DNA of 20,000 nucleotides from Trypethelium eluteriae (Eukaryota): NCBI GenBank assembly GCA_051942245.1, contig JAVECL010000046.1, positions 56,357 to 76,356 of the forward strand, read 5' to 3'. Shown piece by piece: positions 8,769 to 18,411 of this stretch (position 1 is its first letter; each line of letters starts with the position of its first letter). The notes under the pieces were generated by a model. It saw only the letters and a program-made list of their open reading frames with translations, ran no database searches and was not told where the DNA came from. The position numbers and the translations under genes were made by a program.

Positions 8769-11048
8769 ATGCAAAATGTTCGAATTGTGCTGGCCGTCTT
8801 TGTCTGTTTTATTGCAGTCTTGATCCATCTTCTGAACAGGTCCGAGCTAATTCCGTTTTCCACGAGAGCACGCGAACAGGTGATAATGTCAAACTCAGTT
8901 CAGACCTATCCGCGCCCTGATTTTGAGCGAACATCTCTCCTCTGGACATCCTTGAATGGCCCATGGGACTTTCTCTTTGATGACCAAGATGCGGGTCTCT
9001 CAGAACAATGGCAGTACAACGGCCTGCCGAAGCAAGTCATCGTGGCTGAGAATGATGGGAAAGAAGAGAGCGTAGATACCAAAGCGACGCAGATTACCCA
9101 ACAAATTGCTGCTTTGCCAGAGAAGCTTTTACAGAAGAATGTTTTCACTTCTGGAAAAGATGGAAAAGTCCATAAGAAACAGAGGATCAACGTCCCTTTT
9201 GTTTTCCAGACTCCCGCTTCAGGAATCCATGACCTTGGTGCGCACGAAGTAGTCTGGTATGAGCGAAGCATCTCGGATGTTCGCACTGAGGCACAGAAGC
9301 AGCAGGGTCATCGCATTCTGCTCCGATTCGGTGCTGTCGACTATGATGCCAGTGTCTGGGTGGACGGACAATATGTCGGTGGTCACCGCGGAGGACATGT
9401 GCCTTTCGACATTGATATCACCGACGCGATGTCTACACGATCAACGCTGGTGTCTTCTAGCTCAACTGCACGGTTGACTATACGAGTCCGTGACTCAACT
9501 TATGACCTCACTCAACCCCGCGGAAAGCAATACTGGGGAGCCAAGCCTGAAAGCATATTCTATACTCCTTCCACTGGGATCTGGCAGTCAGTTTGGCTCG
9601 AAAGCGTCCCAGCTGCAAGAATAGCTGACAGTAGTCATGGAACAATTCTACGTTCCGAAGATATTGAGTCTGGGGAAATTCACGCCAAGATTGCTGTACA
9701 GGGAAGAAAGGTCGCCCAAAAGTATAGCGTGGAAATAGAGGCCAAATTTCATGGCGTCACCATTGGCAAATCACTCAAGACAGAGTTGCCAAGAGCTGCT
9801 GAATATGTCGAAATGAAGTTCAATATGCGCTTATCGGAGCAACAAACCCGAGAGCTTCCACAGGAGGTACTGAAGGATATCCCTCTTGACGACAATCGGT
9901 GCTGGCTCAATCGTGTGGCCCTGTGGTCCCCTGAACATCCCTCCTTGTACGATCTGAAACTTCGATTGTATGACTCTGCGGATCGAGTTGTCGATGAGGT
10001 AGCTACCACTACGGGAATGCGCTCGTTGAGCTGGACCAATGGTGATCGTACCTTTACACTCAATGGACGTCCAATCTTCCAGGCTTTAGTCCTTGACCAG
10101 GGATATTGGCCTGAAACAGGCATGACTCCCCCCTCTGCTAGTAGCCTGAAAGCAGACGTTGAGCTCGGCAAGAAAATGGGGTTCAACGGCTGTCGCAAAC
10201 ATCAGAAAGTTGAGGATCCAGTTTTCTTATATTGGGCCGACAAGCTCGGCTATCTCGTTTGGGGCGAGATGGCTAACGGTTATGAGTTCAGTGATGAGTA
10301 TGTTGAAAGGTTCAACCAGGAATGGGTCGAATCGATGAAGAGAGACATCAACCATCCCTGCGTTGTTGCTTGGACACCCATTAACGAAAGCTGGGGCTAC
10401 CCTTCATTGAAGGACAACATTGAGCAGCGTAACCACATTCGCTCACTCTATTTCATTACGAAAACATTAGATGCTACACGAGCCATCAATGACAACTGTG
10501 GCTGGGAGCACGTGCAAAGCGACTTGACCACTTTCCATGAGTACGGCGACGCGAACGTCATGGCAAATGCCTGCGCCTCGATGGAGGGTGTGCTGGGGAA
10601 GAAAGCGAATCGCGACGTATTTGTTCTTCCTATAACTGGAGCGTGCAGAAACGACACCGGTACCAAGGATACTGAAGGAGCTCCTGTGCTCTGTACCGAG
10701 TGCGGCGGAATCAATATTGCACCGGCGAAGGGCGATGCTTCTGGGAAGGAAGACGATTGGGGTTACATCACAGCGACTGACCCTCAAGATCTTCTCAAGC
10801 TTATTGAAAATCTTTTGATGAGCATTGCTCGTAGCGGACTCGTCAGTGGCTTTGTCTACACCCAGTTGTAAGTTCAGAATGCTCTACGGCGAACGATCAA
10901 AGCTAATGAGAGCAGAGCGGACATTGAGCAAGAAGTCAATGGGCTCTACACGCCAGATCGGAAGGAGAAATTAGACGCTGCCAAAGTGAGGGCGATCATC
11001 GAGGAGGCGGAAAAGGTTTATTTCAGTCACCAGTCTCGTGGAAAATGA
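8769..11048 (+). CDS. Glycoside hydrolase family 2 (beta-galactosidase/glucuronidase/galactofuranosidase-like), 743 aa; join(8769..10867,10916..11048); alternative start 8886
   Basis: Motifs YPRPDF, LNGPWDF, LRFGAVDY, HRGGHVPF, PRGKQ, GIWQSVWLE, WSPEHPSLY, LDQGYWP, GFNGCRKHQKVE, NHPCVVAWTPINESWG (acid/base Glu) and TECGG (probable nucleophile). A 48-nt intron at 10868-10915 (GTAAGT..CTAAT..CAG) restores YTQL-ADIEQEVNGLYTPDRK...RGK*. The ORF-track start at 8661 is a TTG. Confidence 0.95.
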
Positions 11049-12577
11049 ATGGGAGTATACGACCTCCAGCAGCAGGAACTGCGACTTCAAATTTGAGGTA
11101 AATCACCGTTTCCGCTTCAAGCGAGGGCTTCCATCTTGTCACAATAGAGGTCTCATAGAAACCGTCTCAAAAGCATTTCGGTGTCTGGTCTCATGTGATG
11201 TGACCACTGTCACGGACGTGCTGCTTGCGCAACTTGGGTCGGACAAGTGAGCACATTCGCAGACCAAGACTTTGCTTGCTAATTGTCCTCCATTCCGTAG
11301 CTTAACTCAGTATACACGTTTCTCAATCCGGGTGATTCAACAGGTGCAAGTCCTAGGATCGCGCGTCTGTAGAGCCTTATGTGCTGTACCACCTATTCGC
11401 GGATTGATGGTGGCTGCTCAAGCATTAGACTGCGCTGAAGGCATGTTCGACCCGAGCATCGGATCCTCTGCCATTGCGTGAACTTCGATTCACGGCCTAG
11501 ACTATATAGCGTAGGAAAAGCCTCCGATGAAAGGTACCCAGATAACCACTCCGCAGCGCAGACGGCCTGCAATAGGTGCAGTATTGTCATGACTGACGCT
11601 AGGTAAGGAGCTTTTCGTAGATCGTTCAGCCAGGGGCACACAATGGAGGCCTACAATACAATTCTGCCAGTACCGTTGCTGCCATGCTTTTTCGGACTCT
11701 TGTCCTCATTGGGCGAGCCTTTGAGAACATAGTAAGACATCGCAGAGATCCCAAGACTGAATGATTCAAGAAGAGATAAAGAAGAAGGCCAGAGGCAATG
11801 GAAGCAGCGTACTTGAATAACTCAGCAGGATAGCCCAATATTGTTTTGAGCAGCCATCTTTGGCGACATTAAGAATTTCACGTCCCTATCCAGATGTCAA
11901 CACCGATACCGATGAAGAGGAAGACAGGGGTTAATTTAAGTCTAACCTATCATGGACTAGCTTCACAACATCGCGGTCTTCGCATACGTGTCGAATACGC
12001 GCCGAACACGCGCTCACGGCTCGACCCCAATAACAGTGTCAAGCACTCCATCAACACGATTATGAAGGCGTTGTTCGTGCCTGATGCAAGAGTCTAGAGC
12101 AAAAGCTGAACAGAAATCGACAGCTGCAGTTAGATTCGAAGTCGTCATCTGCATTCCCGAACCTTGGCTCCATCAACTCACTCACGACGCCCGGACCAAT
12201 TCTAATTGTTTGACGTCCATCGACTTCGGTTGGTCGTCTGTTGTCACTCCCGTAGATGTTAAAGGAATGCTGCGAGCACGTTTACGAGCCACAGGCCCAT
12301 GTTTCTGTCGATGACCAACCGAGGCTTCACTATGGAAAGTGCTATTCCAACACTGCCAACATCGGATGGAGATGACTGGCACTTACGATTTGAGAATATC
12401 TCACACTTGAAAACACGAGTATGACGAAGCGTAGAGTGAGATCTGCAAAGGTAGGCTTTCCAGAATTACTGAATATATGTCCAAGCTATAGCTTGAGGCG
12501 ACGTCAGAGCACTGAATGCGATTTGTTGATTTCTATTCTTTCCCTTCTTTGCAAGTTTCCTTATAGGCCAGTTCCTT

Positions 12578-13693
12578 ATGAAGGCTGTAGCTGTGACTCT
12601 TCTCGCAGCCTTTGCTGCCACGCAGGTCGTGGCCTGGCCGCCGACGCCTCCTTTTGGTGCTACTAAAATACACCGCCGCGCTTCAAATCCATGTCTCCAC
12701 GAATCGGCCGGTGGTGTCGTCGACGAGAAAACAGCAAAGCAACTTAATTACACCGTCAACCATCATCGGCAATGCGCTTCTGGTAAGGATAAGTTAAAGC
12801 CTGCCGGTGTCAAACCAATGCCAAGCCCAAACGATCCAGTCCTCACCAAGCCATACTACCCTGGCGATCCTGCATCTCAAACCGATTTCAACGAGGATAT
12901 CTTGTACTATACCAAAAGCGCCCCGCACACTCCAACTTTGAAGAAGCGCAAATCCGATCTGAGGCCGCAACACAATTGGCAGACGACAGATTGGAACTGC
13001 AATGGTACGCACGTTCAACTTATCTGCATTATCTTCCTGAGTTCTGACACGAATTGCTGTAGGTGTACCATATACTTGGGAACAAATATGGTATACATGG
13101 CATATGGCTGCAAGACACAACTATCTCGCAGAACAAAATCAGAAGGACCCTAGGAAAGGTCGGTAGCTATATTCTGACATTACACGGCCTACCCATAGCC
13201 TGAGAGCCCTGTCTACCTTCGGATTGCCGCCTTGGCTACATGGGCCTGAAGCTAACGAGAGGTTGCTGTAGGCATTAAATGGATATGGCCAAAGAAATTC
13301 ACGCCCGGCTCCGCGGACCACGAAGCTGCAGACCCCAAATTCGGCGCGAATGACATTCCGGGCGCCGATGGCCTAACGATGCCTTCTATGTGCCGCACAA
13401 CACCCAGGACTTTGCTCGAATATCCCATTCTGCACGAAATCGAGGTCCCTGACGTCCAGGATATGATGGGCGAAGATGATATGTTCTACAAGTTTATGGA
13501 AGGCGTCGACCAGCCTGGCCCCAATCGCGTGGTGCTGGCATACGACCGCGATGCGCAGCATGGTGATCAACCAGGATACGAGTTCTGCTTTTTGACTTCC
13601 CCGAATAGGGTATGCAGTGTTGTCGGAACAGGAACTGATTATGAAATGGATGGTTCTGATGATGGTTACGAGGGGGGAGACGAATCGAAATGA
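12578..13693 (+). CDS. Secreted preproprotein with C-terminal RNase T1/ribotoxin-like domain, 314 aa; join(12578..13004,13063..13158,13272..13693)
   Basis: Signal peptide MKAVAVTLLAAFAATQVVA, with dibasic sites RR (aa 33-34) and KKR (aa 122-124). Introns 13005-13062 (GTACGC..CTGAC..TAG) and 13159-13271 (GTCGGT..CTAAC..TAG) fuse two ORF-track fragments into a 945-nt frame. Ordered motifs: WNC, YTWEQI, WPKKFTPG, C..LLEYPI, YKF..PGPNRVVLAY, FC..CS. Confidence 0.82.
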
Positions 13694-14098
13694 TGCAAGA
13701 TACTCAATTGGACACGATTGATTCCCTAGAAATTGCCCCGAGCTTTCTGCTAGAGCAGTTCCATTCCGATAAGTCAATGAAGCTTTCTCGTTTGAGAGTC
13801 AGCAAAGAGGCGATGCCCATTAGTTTCATTCCAAACTACACAAAGGACGAAGAATCTTTTCAGCCCCAAAAAGAATGGAATTTGCTGTATAGCTCGGGAG
13901 ATCAGGTATGCGAGCGCATCACGTGTTTCGAAGCTCCATCAAATTCTTCATAATCGTCACATTATCTACTCAGTCTTTTTGTTCCCTCAGAGATAGCCGC
14001 GAAGTGTATTCATTAGATATTTTCTCATTGGAAAAGGTAGGTCGTACTTCTTGTCAAATACTTCCAGTTAAGTGCTCATTTACTAGTCCGCGCATAAA

Positions 14099-15664
14099 TC
14101 ATACAGTCGTACTAATACGATGCACCACTGGCACCGAGCTTGGTGGTAGACTCCCATACTCCGTAACGACCATTTTGATATACTCCGCCGGCGTAACGTC
14201 ATACATGATGTTCAGCAGCTGCAAATTCTCCCTTTTCCTCCAATCTTTCAAAGCCCCTTGATTATTCACTGCATTCCCTTGCACCTCTTCCACATCTGTG
14301 CCTCCTTCGCTTCTTGCCTCTCCTCTCGCTTCTCCGACCAACTCATCCGGATCCGCGATCTCATTTCCTACAATGCTGTCCAATGCCACACGATCCGTGA
14401 ATTTGACACTCTCGCAGCATACGATGACAGGAATATCGCGTTCCGCCGCCTGCATCGCGACCACCGCCGTGCCCACCCGACTGTATAGCCGTCCATTACT
14501 CATCATCGCGTGCGCCCCTATTAGCACCTTCGTAGACTCCCCCAGCGCATGACTCGTAGCAGTGACAAGCGCATACTGCACCGTGATCCCCGCATTCGAC
14601 AATGCGCGCGCGAGATTGCGTCCCTCGAACAGGGGTTTCGAGTCGACGACCACGACGCGAAAGCGTTTGCCCTGGGTATGCGCCTGCAGCAGCGTCTTCT
14701 GCACGATAGAGCTCTTGGCGTACGTGACAATGACATCCCCGTTCTGGATTTTGTCGGCGGCAGCTGAGGCGATGAGCGTGTCCGCCGCCGTGATGCGCTC
14801 GCGGATGAAGGCGTCGATGGAATCGGCGATGTCGAGTTTGGCGTCCTGTTCAGGCACTGCTGGGTCGATCTTGATGATCAGATCTTTCAACCAGCGGATT
14901 GCGTTGCCCATGCTGATGCTGAGAGGACGACAGGAGTTCAGGTATGTGATTTGCGGACTGAGGTAGTGCGAGGTGAGGTGACGGGCGAGCGAGGTTTGGG
15001 GTGGAGTCGTATAGGCGTTGATGGCGGCTTTGAAGGCGAGTAGCATGGCGACGCACCTGGCATTGCTACCACAGACAGTGTAGGTGGACATCTGTAGGCC
15101 GAGATTGAGCACAGAAGGGTGAACTTCTTTCGGAGGCGTCGGGTGTAAGGTTTGTCGGCGCGGATGGCCGTAGAGGTGGCCAAAGAGACCGACCTCTTTT
15201 GAAGATGGCTTCTTTCGTGTCATAGCCTGAGTGGATGGCTGAGAGGAGCGAACGGGGAGTTTCTGCGAGGTTGGTGTAGTTCCTGAACCTCGTCGGAAGT
15301 GCTGGGCTTTATCCTGTTGGTTGGATTTCTGGTCTTGTTGATTTGGTTTGCTCTTTTTCTGTGAATCGCCCTTCCCTGCCTGAGGAGGCGCGGGCGTATT
15401 TGGAGCCACTGAAGTACCTCCAGCTGCGGCTCTTTCAGCCTTCTCACGTTCTCTTCTTGCTGCCTTCTCAGCTTGTTTCTTCTTCTTCAATTCTGCTCCA
15501 GATAGCTTAGGCTCTGCGGGGACCGATTCGGCACTTTTGGCAGACCCATTGGGCTGTTGCGAGCTTCTGTCGGTATCGACAATTTGTTGGGTCGTCTCGG
15601 TGCTATCTGCTTGGGAAGGTTGTCGGTCTGTGTTCTCTGTAACTCGAGCTGTTGGAGGAGCCAT
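14099..15664 (-). CDS. GCD2: Translation initiation factor eIF2B subunit delta, intronless, 521 aa
   Basis: Low-complexity N-terminus with KLSGAELKKKKQAEKAARR. Core motifs VHPSVLNLGLQM, GSNARCVAML, CRPLSISMGNAIRWLK, VVVVDSKPLFEG, SRVGTAVVAM, CCESVKF, YDVTPAEYI, TEYGSLPPSSVPVV. First ATG is at 15664 (the ORF-track start at 15769 is a TTG). Confidence 0.96.
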   Translation of the reverse strand: MAPPTARVTENTDRQPSQADSTETTQQIVDTDRSSQQPNGSAKSAESVPAEPKLSGAELKKKKQAEKAARREREKAERAAAGGTSVAPNTPAPPQAGKGDSQKKSKPNQQDQKSNQQDKAQHFRRGSGTTPTSQKLPVRSSQPSTQAMTRKKPSSKEVGLFGHLYGHPRRQTLHPTPPKEVHPSVLNLGLQMSTYTVCGSNARCVAMLLAFKAAINAYTTPPQTSLARHLTSHYLSPQITYLNSCRPLSISMGNAIRWLKDLIIKIDPAVPEQDAKLDIADSIDAFIRERITAADTLIASAAADKIQNGDVIVTYAKSSIVQKTLLQAHTQGKRFRVVVVDSKPLFEGRNLARALSNAGITVQYALVTATSHALGESTKVLIGAHAMMSNGRLYSRVGTAVVAMQAAERDIPVIVCCESVKFTDRVALDSIVGNEIADPDELVGEARGEARSEGGTDVEEVQGNAVNNQGALKDWRKRENLQLLNIMYDVTPAEYIKMVVTEYGSLPPSSVPVVHRISTTV

Positions 15665-17349
15665 TGCCCGCTCGGACGAGGCTTTGGTAGCTCTCAAAGC
15701 AGGCTGAAAAAAGAGTCGTCGGATGTGTTGAGTCGAGGTCCTCCATAGAAAATTCGTCGCTATAGGCAATCAATAGGTAGCGATTCTGTGGTAGAGCGAG
15801 ATTATGAGTCGGAACTCCAGTGACTCCTTCCGCAAAATGTCTTCCGAAGCTTTGCCGTGCGGCGCCCTGGTCTCAAAGCTCTTCGAAATTGAAATTGGTT
15901 CTACGCCGTCCGCTTGTTTGAACAGACCTTACATGCCCTGATACTATACACCGACCCTACTGTCAATGCATGGTCACAATTGTTCATGCTCTGAACTTTC
16001 CATTGCTCCTCGGTGTCTCCTGTCTGCTATTCAAGCTATTCGGGTAACCTTCTCAGATGCCACTGAGAATCGTCTTCTCCAGCATGGGCGCGTATTCTTC
16101 TTTCTTCGTGCGGCGGTAACAAAAGAGCCACTTGGTGGTTATGGAATCAAAGAGTGGTGGCATTCCAGTGTTGCAAAGCCAGAGAATGTTCACCTCCAGC
16201 TTAGTAGGTCGTCAGGCAGCGATGCGGTGAGCCGAAACTCAACGAAGTCAAAGGCGATAAAACCACTTGACTTACCCTCGCGGAATAAGCAAATAACCCC
16301 AAGATTGACGAGATGATACCTGTGTCGAATGGCACTCCGCTTACAGACACTCAATAAGATACTCTCTTAGAAGAGAACGGTAGGTCATATTCACTTGACT
16401 ACACTCTAAATTTGGTGGAGCCTAGAAGAGAATTACGCCGATGTGAACGGCTTCTGGCGAGAAGCCTTCGTAGTACAAAGTTGGAGCGCTTCCGGAATCA
16501 AGGCACAAGTTCAAGATCAAAAACTAAGAGTGTCGAGCGCCTAGGACTAAGGAGGCGCACCCCAACACATTTTTTTCCACGAAGGCAACTTGAATTCTTA
16601 TGTTTTTTGGTGGCTGGGCAAAACTAATGCGTACCTGGGTGCTGGCATGGTTGTCGAAGTTCATATCCGCTATCCCGCCAAGGAAGAAAGCACAGGACGA
16701 TGAAGTTATATTGAAGCTTGCTGATGAATACTTATCTTTTCCAGCCCGATGCGCTCTTCAGAACTATGCCGAGAGTCTACAAATTGTAGCTTAAGCCCGA
16801 CACGCAGGTCAGAATATGGATTTATCATTACGCTACCGAACATGTCGAACCCGATTTCTATAGAATGGGTCAATGAAAGAGACCAGGGTGCAGGCGCAGA
16901 CCGGCAAGCAGATCGGTAGAGATTGGCAGAGCTTAGATTGAATCGCAAAGGGCGGCTCATGATTAAGGATTCGTTCGGGAAATTCAAAGACTTTCGGAAA
17001 AGCAAGACGATGGGAGATTGAGACACCACGCCAAATGAGAAGAGCAACTCGGCCAGTTCGAGGAGTCAAGGAGTAAGGGGGCGGGAGGGCGACTCAAGAA
17101 GACGCAAAACAGGAGCTCGAAAGCGCGGTTGCCATGGGCGGAGCGGAGGCGGAATCGGAACGCGATGACAAACAGGACCGGGGTCGACTAATCAAGACGT
17201 TGATTGTCCGAAGCATGGCCACCACTCGACAAAACATTCAGAGACATTTGTCAAAATTTGTCTCATTGGTAGACTATTGCTGGTGATAAATATCCTTACG
17301 GATTAGTGATGGTCGTGGGAAGTCTCCTCCGTGTGGCGTATTTGCGAGG

Positions 17350-17355
17350 TATAAG
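17350..17355 (+). promoter_or_regulatory. Candidate TATA-like element for the alpha/beta hydrolase gene
   Basis: TATAAG about 130 bp upstream of ATG 17482. Confidence 0.35.
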
Positions 17356-17481
17356 AGGAGCATCGGCGTGTCAGAATAGACTGGAAGCCCACTCTATCCT
17401 ACAAAGGTCTTCGATATCGCGGGAATTGCCGTGAGCTATTTCATAGGTGACATCCACTTTCTCCGAGTTTTCATAGCCGGA

Positions 17482-18411
17482 ATGACGACCCAGGAGACGG
17501 CGAAGACACTTTCCCTAGATGTGGGTGGGAGCAATATTGCGTATCGCCTCATCGGCAACAGCACCAACTCGTCACCACCGTTGCTCATGCTCAATCATGT
17601 TCGATCGACAATTGATACTTGGGATCCGCAAGTCATCGACAACCTGACTGCCACAGGGCGCCAGCTCATTACTTACGATTACACGGGTCTTGGCCACAGC
17701 AGTGGCTCGGTCGCGCCCAGTATTCGTGCTTGCGCCTTGAATCTGCTTGCATTTCTTCATCAGCTGCTACCGACGCTACATACTCAGCAGGTGGATGTCC
17801 TCGGGTTCTCGATGGGTGGCTACGTAGCCCAGCAGCTTGTCCTCGACGCTCCCGACGTAGTACGCAAGCTAGTTCTGTCTGGTACGGGCCCGAGTCTTGG
17901 ACCAAGTCTACAGCGACCAATGAATGAAGTTCAGTCCACCATTTTCAATCCGAACCCTGGTCTACCGACAATCGAGGCCTTCTTCCCGTCCTTTACCACT
18001 GGCGATGAGGGTGCTGCGTGGTTCAATCGAAGCACAAACTCCCGGAGTGGCGTTGCTGGAAAGAATGGCGAGCCCGAGATCGCTCTGTTCACGACTGGAG
18101 AGGCTTTGATCAAGCTGACCGCTGCCTACTTAAGCTGGGATGCAGATCCTACCCCATACTCTCTCCTGCAAACCATCCAGAAAGAGGTGCTAGTCACCAG
18201 TGGCGATAATGATCTTATTGTTCCGACACAGAACTCCTTTGTTCTCGCCCGGCAACTTTCGCGAGCAAACTTTGTCATGTTTCCAAGCAGTGGCCACGGT
18301 CATTTATTCCAATACGCTCAGTACTTCACCAAGGTCGTTGGCGAATTCCTCGACGGAAAGCTCCCTACTGCGCCATTCTCGGCAGGCCAAATACCTCCTC
18401 CAGGCTCTTAG
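17482..18411 (+). CDS. Alpha/beta-fold hydrolase, intronless, 309 aa
   Basis: Nucleophile elbow GFSMGG, YDYTGLGHS, acid GDNDLIVP and His SGHG, so the Ser-Asp-His triad appears intact. First ATG is at 17482 (the ORF-track start at 17431 is a GTG). Confidence 0.93.
   Translation: MTTQETAKTLSLDVGGSNIAYRLIGNSTNSSPPLLMLNHVRSTIDTWDPQVIDNLTATGRQLITYDYTGLGHSSGSVAPSIRACALNLLAFLHQLLPTLHTQQVDVLGFSMGGYVAQQLVLDAPDVVRKLVLSGTGPSLGPSLQRPMNEVQSTIFNPNPGLPTIEAFFPSFTTGDEGAAWFNRSTNSRSGVAGKNGEPEIALFTTGEALIKLTAAYLSWDADPTPYSLLQTIQKEVLVTSGDNDLIVPTQNSFVLARQLSRANFVMFPSSGHGHLFQYAQYFTKVVGEFLDGKLPTAPFSAGQIPPPGS

Noticed and set aside
13159..13198. Alternative 40-nt intron ending at CATAG
   Set aside because: The branch site is too close to the donor and splicing gives an immediate stop. 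The 13271 acceptor has a better CTAAC branch and restores the frame.
13609..13953. Extra intron at GTATGC joining the 13690-13953 ORF to the RNase-like gene
   Set aside because: No good YAG acceptor follows the candidate branch sites, and splicing would remove the fourth Cys expected for the fold.
17431..17476. 5' UTR intron or GTG start of the hydrolase
   Set aside because: No suitable branch site; the ATG at 17482 already gives a complete domain.
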